The notes beneath the pieces were generated by a model. That model was not told the origin of the DNA and searched no databases. It worked only from the letters and a program-made list of their open reading frames with translations. A stretch of 63,709 bases of DNA, the filler included, from Octopus bimaculoides (lineage: Eukaryota): NCBI RefSeq assembly GCF_001194135.2. It is 5 parts of 5 records of this genome, joined end to end, with 100 filler letters (N's around TTAATTAATTAA, not from the genome) between each part and the next. Parts side by side here need not be neighbours in the genome. Positions count along the whole stretch, not along the records: positions 17,051 to 48,699 come from NC_068996.1; 4 more parts are not named here. The stretch is one strand, 5' to 3'. The position numbers and the translations under genes are program-made. Every line of letters begins with the position of its first letter. Positions within the stretch are counted from its first letter, which is position 1. Of this stretch, positions 36,561 to 48,755 are shown piece after piece.

Positions 36561-37719
36561 ATGTTCTACCTCTGAGGATTCATCCAATCTATGATAATGA
36601 TATGTTATTAGTGGAAAAACACTTTATTAACCTTCTTGTACTTTGAGAATATGCCCTGACACCTCTACAAACCATTCTTCCTCCCTTTCCTGTTGAGGTC
36701 ACCATGTATCTCATCTACAACATGACATCTGATCCTGTCCTTCTATCAATAACAAACACAAAGCCATCTACCTTAATACTGCACCTCTTGCCCCATTCTG
36801 TGAAGGAGTCATGTCTTGCAAGTTACTTGGTGACCTCATTCGTGTTGGTGCTATAAAAAACAAAACACCCAGTACACTCTGTAAAGTGAGTGGTGTTAGA
36901 AACAAGGCCTTGCATCAACTACATATCTGGTCTAAGGTCTTCAGCAGGTTGACCTATAGAAACTTACAGAATCCCTCTATTAATCTCTATCACCCTTTCC
37001 TTCTCATCAAATGCTTCAAGTAGTAATTCCCTAAATTTCTGATGATTCAAAGGCTCTTTAAGTTTCCATATTTCTCTTCTTCAAATAGTCTTGAACTTCT
37101 GGTTCTGTCAAACAATCACTAACCGATGTTAGTTAGTCCATCTTTCACCAGAGAAAGACTTACCATTCATAACCAACTATCTGTCCCGTTTTGTGATGAG
37201 AATGAAGTCTATCTCGCTTTCGTGTTAACCAGATGAGTGGGTGATCAGGTAGCGAGATAGTTTCCTAAAGTTAGTGTTGCAAATTGGTCATTAGCATCAC
37301 AATGACCTACTTGCAACATATCATACTCATAGCTTCCATACACACCTTGAAAGCTATCCTAGTGTTCTACAATATATGAAAACCATCCTGGTATTCTTAT
37401 AAATGAACAGATGAACAGGCAGACAGGATCATTTGAAGCAAAACAGTCACAAAACAAAGATAATGAATAGTCTATAGTAAATGTCTTGAGTTAAAAAAAA
37501 AAAACAGCTTAGCAATAAAAATGGAGACATAATGAAGGAAAATACACTCATTTGTAAGTTTATTTCTATTTTCACCCCATTGACATACTTCAGCTACTCA
37601 TTTTATAAATGTCATCTTCAGTTTTATTTTTATTGTTTTATTATCACTTTAATATCTTTCTTATTGTTGTTATTTTATTATTATCATTACCATTCAGGTC
37701 ACCTTTATTTTATCATCAT

Positions 37720-38230
37720 CATCATCGTTTTACGTCTGCTTTCCATGCTGGCATAGGTTGGACGATTTGACTGAGGACTGGTGATCCAGAAGGCTGCACC
37801 AGGCTCAATCTGATCTGGCAAAGTTTCTACAGGTGGATGCCTTTCCTAACGCAAACCACTCTGAGAGTGTAGTGGGTGCTTTTACGTACCACTGGCATAA
37901 GGGCTAGTCAGGTGGTTCTAGCAACAACCATGCTCAAAAGGTGTTTTTTACGTGCTACCTGCATGGGAGCCAGTCCAGCAGCACTGGCAACAACCATGCT
38001 TGACTGTTGTTTTTCACATGCCACCAGTACATGTGCTAGTAAAGCAATGCTGACAATGATCACACTCGAATGGTGTTTTTCACATGTCACCGGCACGGGA
38101 GCCAATCCGTGGCCCTGGCAATGATCATGCTCGGATATGCTTTTAACATTCCACTGGCATGAGTGCCAATCAGGCAGTACTGTCATCGGCCATGTCAGCG
38201 ATTTTGATTTGTTTGCATTTGCCTCAATAG
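37720..38230 (+). mobile_element. RTE-associated non-autonomous repeat with internal ~65-bp tandem array
   Basis: Same family as 23960-24605. About 4-5 degenerate units (catgct...tgtttt..ac.tgcc.cc.gca...gcca....gcactggcaa) at ~37900-38190. Confidence 0.75.
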
Positions 38231-38887
38231 GTCTTCACAAGCCAAGTTCATTGTCCAATGAATGAAAGTTACTCATAAGTGGGTTGGTTACACCCCACAT
38301 TCAGATGTGCTATTATTGTAGAAAGCATCAATGCCAGGGTTAGGATATCTCGTGTAGTCACTAATAGGTTTATTGCATTTTCATCTCTCGGATAGCGATA
38401 CATATTGACAGGCACAAATTTGATTAGCCATTCATTCAAAAAACACCCATCTACTCTACAAGTCATTGTAGACTGCGTATGCATGTTATTATGGATCACA
38501 AATACAACCAACATGCCTAAATAGCATATATAATCAGAAACTACACTATGTACATGGAATTCTTGATGTGATGCTGACTTATGTCATTTTGATGTTTCAT
38601 TATTATATTGTGTAATTGTACTTGCCACCTCTTCTTATACATAACATTCTTGTGTCTGTGTATCCAATTCATCTATCTGTACATACATGGTTGCATATCC
38701 ACACACAATTATATACATCTATGTGCCTATCTGTATACACTTATATAGACATGGAAGTATCTATGTACAGAAATGTGCTTAAGTGCACATGTGAGTGTAT
38801 AAACCTATGAAGATGTGCCTATAAATGTATGTTAACATGACTATGTGTACATATATGTATATATGCAGGACTGTGTAAATATGTGTG

Positions 38888-38954
<67 letters not shown>

Positions 38955-39584
38955 CAATATATGATGTGAATATGTCTGTGTGAGTATGTATGAGGGTATG
39001 TTGATATCTATGTCCATATTTATGAGTGTACAAATGCCATAAAGATATGCAAGTCAGACCCATTGGAGCACAGCACAGAATGTGTGACTCATCACCAAGT
39101 GGTATCATGTCACTGGCCAGTTATCAGCACCGACTTTATTAATACCTACTAAATTGTTTGAGCATGTGTATGTGTGCTGGAGTGTGTTATATGTGGATGC
39201 TCACATATAACACACATCCATATCTACTAATGGTTACATATAACACACACCCATACATACATATAACACACATCCATATCTGCTAACAGTTAAATATAAT
39301 AATTTTTTTCACTGTATCGTGTATTTATTTCTTTTTGTATCTGATCTTTGTTATTGATCTTCTATAAGAATGAAGCAGTATCTGTAAATTTTCCATTTCT
39401 ATCTATAAAGATGAAGAAGACATGCAGTAATAAGTTGTGTGAAATAAAGTTTATTTTAATGGGATACATCTTGAAATCACTTGAGGAGACACATCTACAC
39501 CAAGAAAAACACCTAAACCAGTTGTGCAGTATCCCATCCACAAGGGATCAATACTAGATTTGTTGAAATGATTGTAGTGATCAC

Positions 39585-39768
39585 TCACACACACACACAC
39601 ACATTCTTTTGTATGTTTCAGTCTTAAGGCTGTGGCCATGCTGGGGCATCGCCAGTAAAATATCTGTCAGAAACGGGATAGATATTTTACTGGTGGTGCC
39701 CCAGCATGGCCACAGCCTTAGGGCTGAAACATATAAAAGAATAAAAGTACATATGTGTGTGTGTGTGT
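39585..39768. repeat. Fold-back palindrome of a SINE 3' tail with flanking (CA)n/(TG)n
   Basis: Arms 39604-39665 and 39680-39741 are near-perfect complements, with a 14-nt loop gtcagaaacgggat. Confidence 0.9.
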
Positions 39769-39795
39769 GCATGTATCTAACTGTCTATCTATCTA

Positions 39796-39832
<37 letters not shown>

Positions 39833-40429
39833 CAAGTGACCTGATCTGAGATCGTGTGCTAGAACAAAAACAATTGCAGCGTGGAAAGTGTTTATAAGCC
39901 ATTTAAGAAACACACAAAAACCGTTAGATTCACTTCAACATTTGAATTTAATTTGCTAAAATATTTTTGTCACTTTGAGACCGCAACCTGTTCACTGACA
40001 AAATTTCGTGCTGCAGCACACACACACATTCATGTATATGTATATTACATACATGTTAATTCAATTGTTGGATTTACCTCTCATGCATGAAGATTTACCT
40101 GGGATGTATATTCTACCTACATTTACTGGCATCTGATTGTTGAAGATTTATAACCAAATTCTTTTAATACTGAGTGCTTTATTGACATCAGCCAGGATTT
40201 TTTAATCCCATCATTTCTTCTAAGTGTATGGGGGAGGGGGTGTAACTCAATTTTGCCAAGATAGGTGGGTGGTTTTGAGAGCCACATATTGCCAGTCATC
40301 CTAGACCTTAATTACTTTGTCCCATGTGTTCTTGTGTCTCTCTCTTTCACAACCTCCATTCACATTAAATGAACAGTACTTCTTTATATAACTGTCCTCA
40401 TACATACATATCCTAATGTCCACGACAAT

Positions 40430-42240
40430 GTAATCTTCTTTCTAACACACTACATCTGATTCAACTTATAGACTCCACTTTTTCTCTCAGCACATTTATA
40501 CTGTGTTGTTTATACACACTTACATTGCACATCCTGTGGAATATGCTTTCTTTAATTCTTTCTAGTTTTCTCATGTTCTCTGCATTCAAGGCCTGTGTCT
40601 CACTACCATGTAGCACTGCAGTTCTAACACAAGCATCATACAATCTACCCTTCACTCTGAGAGAAAAGACCTGTGTTACTAACAACAGCAGCAGGTCTCT
40701 GCACTTTCTCCAACTCATTCTTTCTTTGATTTTTATATTTTTAGAGCAGTCATTGCCCTTAAAAGCTTACATCTGAGCATTCAAAAGAATTTATTTCTGG
40801 TGTGCTGATAGTATGTACTGCACCAGTGTACATGAAGTTTATCTTCTCTGCTTGTCTGCCTGTTCCACTACATCTGTGGATACAGAATATGGAGTTTATA
40901 CTTACTCCTTCTCTGCATATTGAGCAAGACCATTTCTCTTAGGGTACTAGAGTCCTATCTTCTTTCCTATTCACTAAAACCTTCATCTTTGTTAAGTTTA
41001 CTTGAAGATGTCCTGAGTCTAGTTTTTGCTACCATGACTGGAATTTCCTTGTTATTTACACTATAGATGAGAACCAGATCATCAGCATATAGGAGTTTCC
41101 ATAGACAGTCTTAGACTTTTCGTTGATGGCCTATTGGACTATGATGAATAGGAAGGGGATTAAGAACTGAGGCTTGATAGACTCATGCTAAATTTGTCAC
41201 TGAAGTCATTGATGACTTTCATTTTACTTACTGTGTCTTTGTACACGGCCTATACAATTCCCACAAACCATTCATCAATGCTTAGTTTCTGTCTTTTGAG
41301 TCAACAAATGTCAGGAATAGCAGTTTACTCATAGTCAGGCACTTCTTCTGTAGTTGCCTCATTAGGAAGATATGTAGTATCTCTTCTTGGCACAAAGTCA
41401 AACTGCATCTAATTTAGGTCTAACCTGTCATGAATCAATTGTGCTATGAATTCTTGTGATCTTCACATTCTGGTCCAATTGTTTGATCTATAGTTGCTTC
41501 TCTCTAAGGCATTTCCTTTGCCTTTGTAGCAGTTTACAATGATACTGCTACATCAGTCATTGGGTATGACTCCTTGAATAACTTGATTATCTCTCTAGGT
41601 GGTAATCGTGTACTCTACCTCCCTGGATATTTTGAACCTCTACACAACTATCACTGATGACCAGCAGTTTTCTCTCACTTCATGTCCTTGATCACTTTAT
41701 CTTCAACACTGCTGTCAACTTGAATTGCTGGTCCCTCTGACAGGTCAGTATGGGTTAATCCCTGTTTACCTCAAGCAATCTCCACATTCAGCAATCTTTC
41801 ATAATAGCACTTCTATGCCAGTTTCTTTTGTTCCATATCAATGGCAAGTTTGCCTTCAACATTTTGAATACACTTCTCATCAATGATGTCTCAGTTGTCT
41901 TTTACACAGTCTCTGACTTTGAAGTCACTAGCCACTAATCTTTGTTGTGTAGTGTGTTCTTCATCAGGAAAGGTTTTGGTATTTACAGTAGATGTTCTAT
42001 GTCATTTACTGGTTTGAATGTAATCTATCTGATTTGTGTGTTCACCAGATTGGTAGGTGATTAAGTGGTTGACTCATTTCATAAAGTGTGTGTTGCAAAT
42101 TATCAGATCAGTTGCATCACAGAACTCCAGGAGCCTTACACCCTCCTCATTTCTTATACCATATCAATAATATATTATGGAAGCCATCAACACATTAGCT
42201 AATATGACCATTGAAGTCATCAGCCATGACAATAAAGCCA
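40430..42240 (-). mobile_element. Decayed RTE-clade LINE (endonuclease end, RT, 3' domain)
   Basis: ORF 40461-40718 RVKGRLYDACVRTAVLHGSET. The minus strand near 42000-42190 gives RNEEGVRLLEFCDATDL...HLITYQSG..TNQIDYI. Confidence 0.8.
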
Positions 42241-43373
42241 TTGTCAATCATCAGATGGGTTCCATTTTGACTTGTAGCCATTTTGCTACTGACTATTCAA
42301 CTGATTATTAAAGAATTGTTGTTGGATTCATATCTAACCAATAAGGAATGTGACGTTAATGTATTCAAGCCTGTACTGGTATAGTTGTTTACTGGGGAAA
42401 AACAAAGGTGACAATTTGTGTCTCTGACTTTGTTGAAATGATAGTTGAAATCTTAGTCATTAGATGTAATGAAACCTAAACATGCTTAAGCAAAAATTAT
42501 TATCATAACCAATGATACATAGTCTAAGTTACTTATTGCTTTTCATCTGTTTTTATAGCAATGAGTAATATTTGTCAATATTACGGTCAAATAGAGGACT
42601 AATTGGGAAAATATCTACTACTGTAACCTCACTTACAAGACCTGTGTCTCGTAAGTGAAATTTGGTTGACAGAAACTGTAGAAACTTGTATATACGTAAT
42701 GAAGGAAGGAGCGGGGGAATCACTGAGTAAATGTATAAGAATTTATACTGGTTGGTGTAACGAATTAGAATTATTTTGGGAATAAATTATTCCTGAAACA
42801 ATTTTAAGACAACCAGAGTTGTAAATTTACTCAGAAATTCTTCCTTGTGACATACAACCTTTGATAATAATATTCTAGAGTTGTCTCCCATATTTGCTGA
42901 TTTGAAATATTTTTCTTCTTCCTGCATAATTACTTTTAGTTAAGCTTTCCAAATTACCACAAACGACATATTTATGCATACATATGCACAAGATCTTTAA
43001 GACAAACAAATATTTTAAATCTATCAACTATTTTGACTCCTAATATATCTACCGTCATACACTATTCTACAACTTTTAACTTTTCTCCATTTAATAGGTA
43101 AACAAGATAAAAGAAATACTTCAGTTATAAAAGCACTTACATTAATCAGTTTTTGATAAAATATTTTTTTTTTTGTATTTGGGGAGAGTCATTTTCTTTT
43201 AGTGCCTTATTATTTAACACACTCACCGATAAAGTTTCCACTCATTTACTTATTTATTTTTCCTAAAATTCTCCTTGTGTCTTGCAACCTTTTCAATAGT
43301 CGTTCACTCTGTCATCCAAGCTGCGTTCTTTTTGTTTGTTTGTGTGCATGTGTGTGGGTCAGTGTGTGTACAC

Positions 43374-43404
<31 letters not shown>

Positions 43405-44356
43405 TGTATGTATGTATGCATGCATGTAAGTGTGTGTATGTATCTATGTATGTGTGTGTGTGTGTGCGTATGTATATATGTACATATGTCTGTACATTTG
43501 TACGTATGTATTCTGCATATTCATGTGTTTGTGTGTTCATGTTTGTATGTTTTGTGTGTGTGTGTGTGTGAATGTGTGTCTCCATATGTGTCCTTGTGTG
43601 AAGTAAAGTGTGTGTGTGTATATGGTCATGTGTTTCAATCTTTATTTGTGTATGTGTGCTTGGCTGTTCATATTACCTATGTATCTAACTGTCTGTATGT
43701 CTATCTGTTTACATTCATATCCATCTGCTGACATACATGTGCATATACATATACGTATACACACACACACACAATCTACATAACAGCCCACTAACTATTC
43801 TACCTGTATATAAATATAAACTGTGGGTATGATTATTTACTGTGTATATTTCCTATTTAGTACTGGGGATGTTTCATTAATGAGGATGTACTCCCGTATT
43901 TGTCTGAGGGTCCTTTGGGTGCTTGGATAAAATGCAGATGACAAGTTGACCCAGGTTGCCTCCATGTTGGTCCTTGGCATGTTGGTAGACAATGGAGGAC
44001 TATTTTTTAAAAATATATTACAAAGAAATTTTTTTATCAAAAAATTGTAGATTTTTAATTTCTTATTTCTAAATGTTCAAAACTATTTTTAAAAAGGCAG
44101 AGTGAAAATGTTAGAGATTGGGTAAAATCCACACTTTGAACATCTATATGCCCATATCTGTCCACTAAGCAAGAGATATCTTGCTCAATAATCACCAGTA
44201 ATTTTTCAAAAATTGCTTGAGAGATACATAGAAGATATACACATGCACTATTTCAGTGTATATTTTGTAGTAAGGATATATTTCTTTGTCAATATGAGTA
44301 GCTTACAATTTCAGACACGCATACATTCATACAGGTAAGTAAAAAATTTCACTTAC

Positions 44357-44443
44357 TTTGACCGAATCCATATACCTTGCATACAGTTCCAGCAGAAATC
44401 CTAATGTTTGTTCATCATTGTTGGCTATTACTTCAAGTTCATG
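44357..44443 (-). CDS. SNX-BAR protein exon (HELEVIANNDEQTLGFLLELYARYMDSVK)
   Basis: Acceptor ttttaatttatattttag, donor AAA|gtaagt, 87 nt, phase 0-0. Matches SNX6 IEARVSADEDLKLSDLLKYYLRESQAAK. Confidence 0.92.
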
Positions 44444-46229
44444 CTAAAATATAAATTAAAAGAATAGATTTGTATGGTATTTACAATTTCAACTACATAA
44501 CATACTGTTTTTTTGAGGGGAAAAACCATAATCTTACCTTTTTTATCCAGAGTTAAGTGTTAAAAGAATCTATCGGTATACGTAGAATGGTAATATTTAG
44601 AGTGAAATATTTTAAATTGATTTTTACATGACTTTCAAGGCAATAGAAAAATTTAATAATTTATGTTTATCATTAAACATTCATCATTATGACTGCATTT
44701 TTAGAGTTGCTAGTTTCTAAGAATATGCTAGTATTATCTGTAAAAACAGTATTATATATTTGTTATTTTAAATAAATCACTTGTGCATATAAAGATAGTT
44801 ATGACCCTAATATTGATTCACAAGTTTAATTTCTTTTATAATTAAAAAATATACCATTGCATTTGTCACAAACCTCTGTGAGGGAGATAACTTGTGAAAA
44901 AAATTTAGTCTTATTTTACACAGTTTTTCTAAAAGTAATTCCTAGTCCATGGTATCTAATGTCTCAGGCTTCTTAGGAAATAGTGTAATTTTCATGTTTT
45001 TGTTTTTTATTATTAAATGATGTGCACAGTAATTTTCATAACCTCATGGAAGGATATGAATCTAGCTAATGGAAAAGTTACAGTGTTACTATTGCATATA
45101 ATGATGATACTTTCCTAAGATAATTGTATTGAGGCTGAGCTTTTGTGGAAGTGTTTTAATTAGAGACATATTACAGAACTGTTTGTTCCCAGTTATATGT
45201 AGTATATCTTTCTGGAATAAAATTACCCTCACCCTAAAAACTGGATGGTTTTTGCCCACCACAAATATAATAAGCATAACATCAAAAAGCAAAATATATC
45301 TCTGTAAATTACACATCCTGCAAGCTCTTGCAGTCCCTCAAAACTTTTGGTTTCATGCTTACTAAGTCTTTTGGTGCTTCAGTTTGCTAACAGATCAGAG
45401 ATATTACCATTTCTATTCTGACTGCCGTAATATCACAGTGTATATTAGACATCTAAGCAGGTGACTGGTACCACCTTTCCCATCCTTTACAACCCTAATC
45501 AATCATGCAACTGTTATGTAGATGTACAGGAGAAAAGCATTGTATCAAATCTAGGAAAGGTTACCCACCATCATCAACTTATTACCTAGTGCTTTTTTAT
45601 TTAGTCCTACACTGAGCTGACGGATCTTTCAGCTGCTATTTAGCCCTACACTGGTCACCTATTATTACAATACCCACAGGATAACCATCAGCAAAGAAAA
45701 ATTATACTTTCAAGCAAAATTTTCATCTCCTGAATTGCATTAGGGACTTCTAATCCTTTACTAAGATATCCACTTGCTTTGAAGCTATTCCCATTACTAC
45801 CCTTTAATCGTCTTCTCCCTCTAGTCTACCTTCTCACTTTCATTATAAGCAGTTTTTATTTATATGTTAGTCAACTATAAAGTGCACAGCAAAAAATATA
45901 ATTTGAGAGTTATAGAGGCAAAAGCTATAGAAGCATTGAGAGTTATAGAAGCATTAGCCTATTAATCTAAATTAGAACATGATTTCTTTAAAGGAAAATA
46001 AGAAGTTGGTTTTAGGATGTAACATAAAATAACAAAACATAGAAAAATGGAATTTAAGAAAACAGAAAAATGTTTGACATAACGATTTTAAAATCATGTA
46101 AAAAAAAAATATATGTAAAAAATTAAGTCTATTTACAAAAGCAAAGAATTAAAAATGAAAAACATATAAAAAAAAAATATTTTAAAAAAATTAAAAAGCA
46201 AAACAAAATGAAATTGATAGGTAGCTCAC

Positions 46230-46269
46230 CTTACAATCATCCAGGCTTAAGCTAAAGTTTGCCATAATC
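46230..46269 (-). CDS. SNX-BAR protein exon ((R)IMANFSLSLDDCK)
   Basis: Acceptor tttcatttgttgttacag, donor AAG|gtgagc, 40 nt. Phase 2-0 fits both neighbouring exons. Confidence 0.8.
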
Positions 46270-46563
46270 CTGTAACAACAAATGAAATTAAAGTGAAATA
46301 CTAACTTCAGAAAACTGGCTGACTACCACTCAGGAAAACATGCATGTCGTAGATATACTTATCAGGAAATGGGAAGGACATATAGTTATGAATACTAAGT
46401 CTTTCCCTAATGGAGAATGTACCAACTATGTAAAGCAGTGATGAACGGCATAATAGCTAGATACATTCAGAGACACAAGACATTTTGAAGAAGCAAGAAA
46501 TAGCAGCTGAAAGATCCTTCAGCTCAGTGTAGGGCTAAAAAAGTACTAGGTAATAAATATTTT

Positions 46564-46760
46564 AAGGCAGTGAACTGGCAGAATTATTAGCATGTCGGAC
46601 AAAATGCTTAGCAGCATTTCTTCTGACTCTTTACATTCTGAGTTCAAATACTGTCAAGGTCAACTTTGCCTTTCATTCCTTTGAGGCCAATAAAATAAAG
46701 TGCCAGTCAAGTAGTGGGGGTGATGTAATCAACTTGCATCCTCTCCTCAAAACTGTTATG
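46564..46760 (+). mobile_element. tRNA-SINE copy with almost all CpGs converted to TG/CA
   Basis: aaggcagtgaactggcagaattattagcatgtc...tttacattctgagttcaaatactgtcaaggtcaactttgcc, compared with the CpG-rich copy at 4053-4276. Confidence 0.85.
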
Positions 46761-47902
46761 CTTCAACCCTGTATAAGACTGGCACCCTGTTCAGTGAGAA
46801 TATTGCAAGCATGGTCACTTATATGCCCTGAAAACCAGGTAACTGGCCTTATGGGTCCTAGCATTCAAGGAAAAAAAATGTATTTTGAAAATACAGATCT
46901 ATAACAGAGACAACTGATAGTTTCTATGAGACAAGCTGTTATGGGCCACAACCCAGATCTGTGAAGAGAGCAAGATTCATCCAATTGATTGGATGTTAGC
47001 TTACATCCAATCAGATGTAAGCTAACATTGTTGTGGAATAGTATACCAGACAACATTATAAAAGCTAAATAGCTCTGCAAAGAATGGAAAAAAAAAACAT
47101 GCGGAACAAAGAACAATAATGGGTACCTAGAAGAGTGACTAGACATAGTAAGACACAGTTCAATAAGATACCTGGATCTCCCTAGAAAGTTTATATGTGA
47201 AATACAATTCACGTTTTGATTTACCTTAGTATACTAATTACAATTTTCTTGTCAGTTCACCGCAGAAAGAACAGAAATAAAATACATTTTGTTAACTACT
47301 TCACAATAGAATGTATACTGGTAAAATAAAATTTTCTTCTTATTTTACCACAAATAGTACATAAATAAAAATAATATACAGTTTTCTGGCAGATGGTAAG
47401 TATGTAATATACAATAAGATTATCACTTTGCCATACACACATAAATTATACATTCAAAATAAAATTTATTGTCAATTCATCTCAGAATGCATACAAGTAA
47501 AATTAAATTGTGTGACAAATTTATCCCAGTTTACAAATAAAATACAATCTCTAGCCACTCCTGAAATTAAACAAGTAAAATAGGACCTGCTACCCAATTC
47601 ATCTCAGAAAGTATACAGGTAAAATGCAATACCAGACCAGTCCACCCAAGAATATGAGTAAAATATATTTTGTGGGGTACATCATCTCAGAAGATCTCAG
47701 TTCTTCTCAGAAAGTAGGCAAATAAAGTACAGTTTGCTTCCCATTTTGCTTCAGAAATTGTATAAAGGAAAAGTGAAAGCACATAAGAATAGATAAACTA
47801 AAATCACATTGAATGAAAATTAGCAGTTATGATTAAATTTTCTCCACATTAAATATTTAGTAATTTTGTTATATCTGAAGAGGGTCATTATGTCAATTAA
47901 TA

Positions 47903-48215
47903 GATACACATACTGGTTCTGTTTCACTTTTTTTTTTATTTGTTAATCAGTTAACTATTCAACCAATTAACTAATTAATTGTTTGATTAATCATTCAGTC
48001 ATTCCATCCAATAGCTAGGTTTGTTAAAGTCCTTTTATCACCTTTTGTAACCTCATCAATGATATGCCCTTTCTATTTCAGGTCTATCTCTGACAAAACT
48101 AGCAGTTTGATTGATTGACTAAATGATTAACCAAACAATCAATTAGTTAATTGGTTGAGTAGTTAACCAATTGACAAATAATAATGAAGAAATGAAACAG
48201 AACCAGTGTGTGTGT
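47903..48215. repeat. Inverted repeat with ~100-bp arms (47903-48001 and 48116-48215) and ~115-bp spacer; MITE-like
   Basis: actggttctgtttca...ttaacta.tcaaccaattaactaatt.attgtttg.ttaatcatt.agtca occurs in both orientations. Confidence 0.85.
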
Positions 48216-48435
48216 TTTTTATTGGTATAACAACCCTCCCTAGATACAACAAAATATGTTTCAACACAGGAGTTCACATGAAAAATCTTGCAAACTAAAT
48301 ACAAAAATGTAACATCTTTTAAATATATATAATGAAAAGAACAAATGAATAATTTTTTTAAAAATCACATTCACTTTAAGTAAAATCTAGAGAAACTCTC
48401 ATGTAAGATCATAAAAATCAGTCAAAATATCTCAC

Positions 48436-48520
48436 CTATTAGTTTTTATTGTTTCAACATCTTTATACAGTCCAGTCTGGTTGAGAGTTGTTGACAAGTG
48501 GCAATAATGACCAGCCAATC
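48436..48520 (-). CDS. SNX-BAR protein, most 5' exon found ((R)LAGHYCHLSTTLNQTGLYKDVETIKTN(R))
   Basis: Acceptor ttattatcatttgatag, donor AG|gtgaga, 85 nt. It ends in phase 2, so AG+G makes Arg with the next exon. Confidence 0.8.
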
Positions 48521-48531
48521 CTATCAAATGA

Positions 48532-48538
48532 TAATAAC

Positions 48539-48593
<55 letters not shown>
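48532..48593. repeat. (AAT)n tract abutting the 3' splice site of exon 48520-48436
   Basis: Direct reading. Confidence 0.95.
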
Positions 48594-48743
48594 GTTAAAG
48601 ACGAAGAGCATGATTCGATTGTATAAATGTTTTATTCACTCCGAAAAAATTTTAAAGTACCACCGCCGCTCTGAAAAATTTTGAAAGTACCACTGCCACN
48701 NNNNNNNNNNNNNNNNNNNNNNNNNNNNNNNNNNNNNNNNNNN

Positions 48744-48755
48744 TTAATTAATTAA
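48744..48755. other. Assembly join marker TTAATTAATTAA
   Basis: 12-mer embedded in an N run. Confidence 0.9.

Noticed and set aside
37900-38190. CRISPR-like array
   Set aside because: The context is eukaryotic, the units are degenerate along their full length with no unique spacers, and there are no cas genes.
44538-45390. Extra SNX exons suggested by gtaag donors at ~44537 and ~45362
   Set aside because: Both have in-frame stops or weak acceptors, and exons 46269-46230 and 44443-44357 already join in phase with no gap in the alignment.
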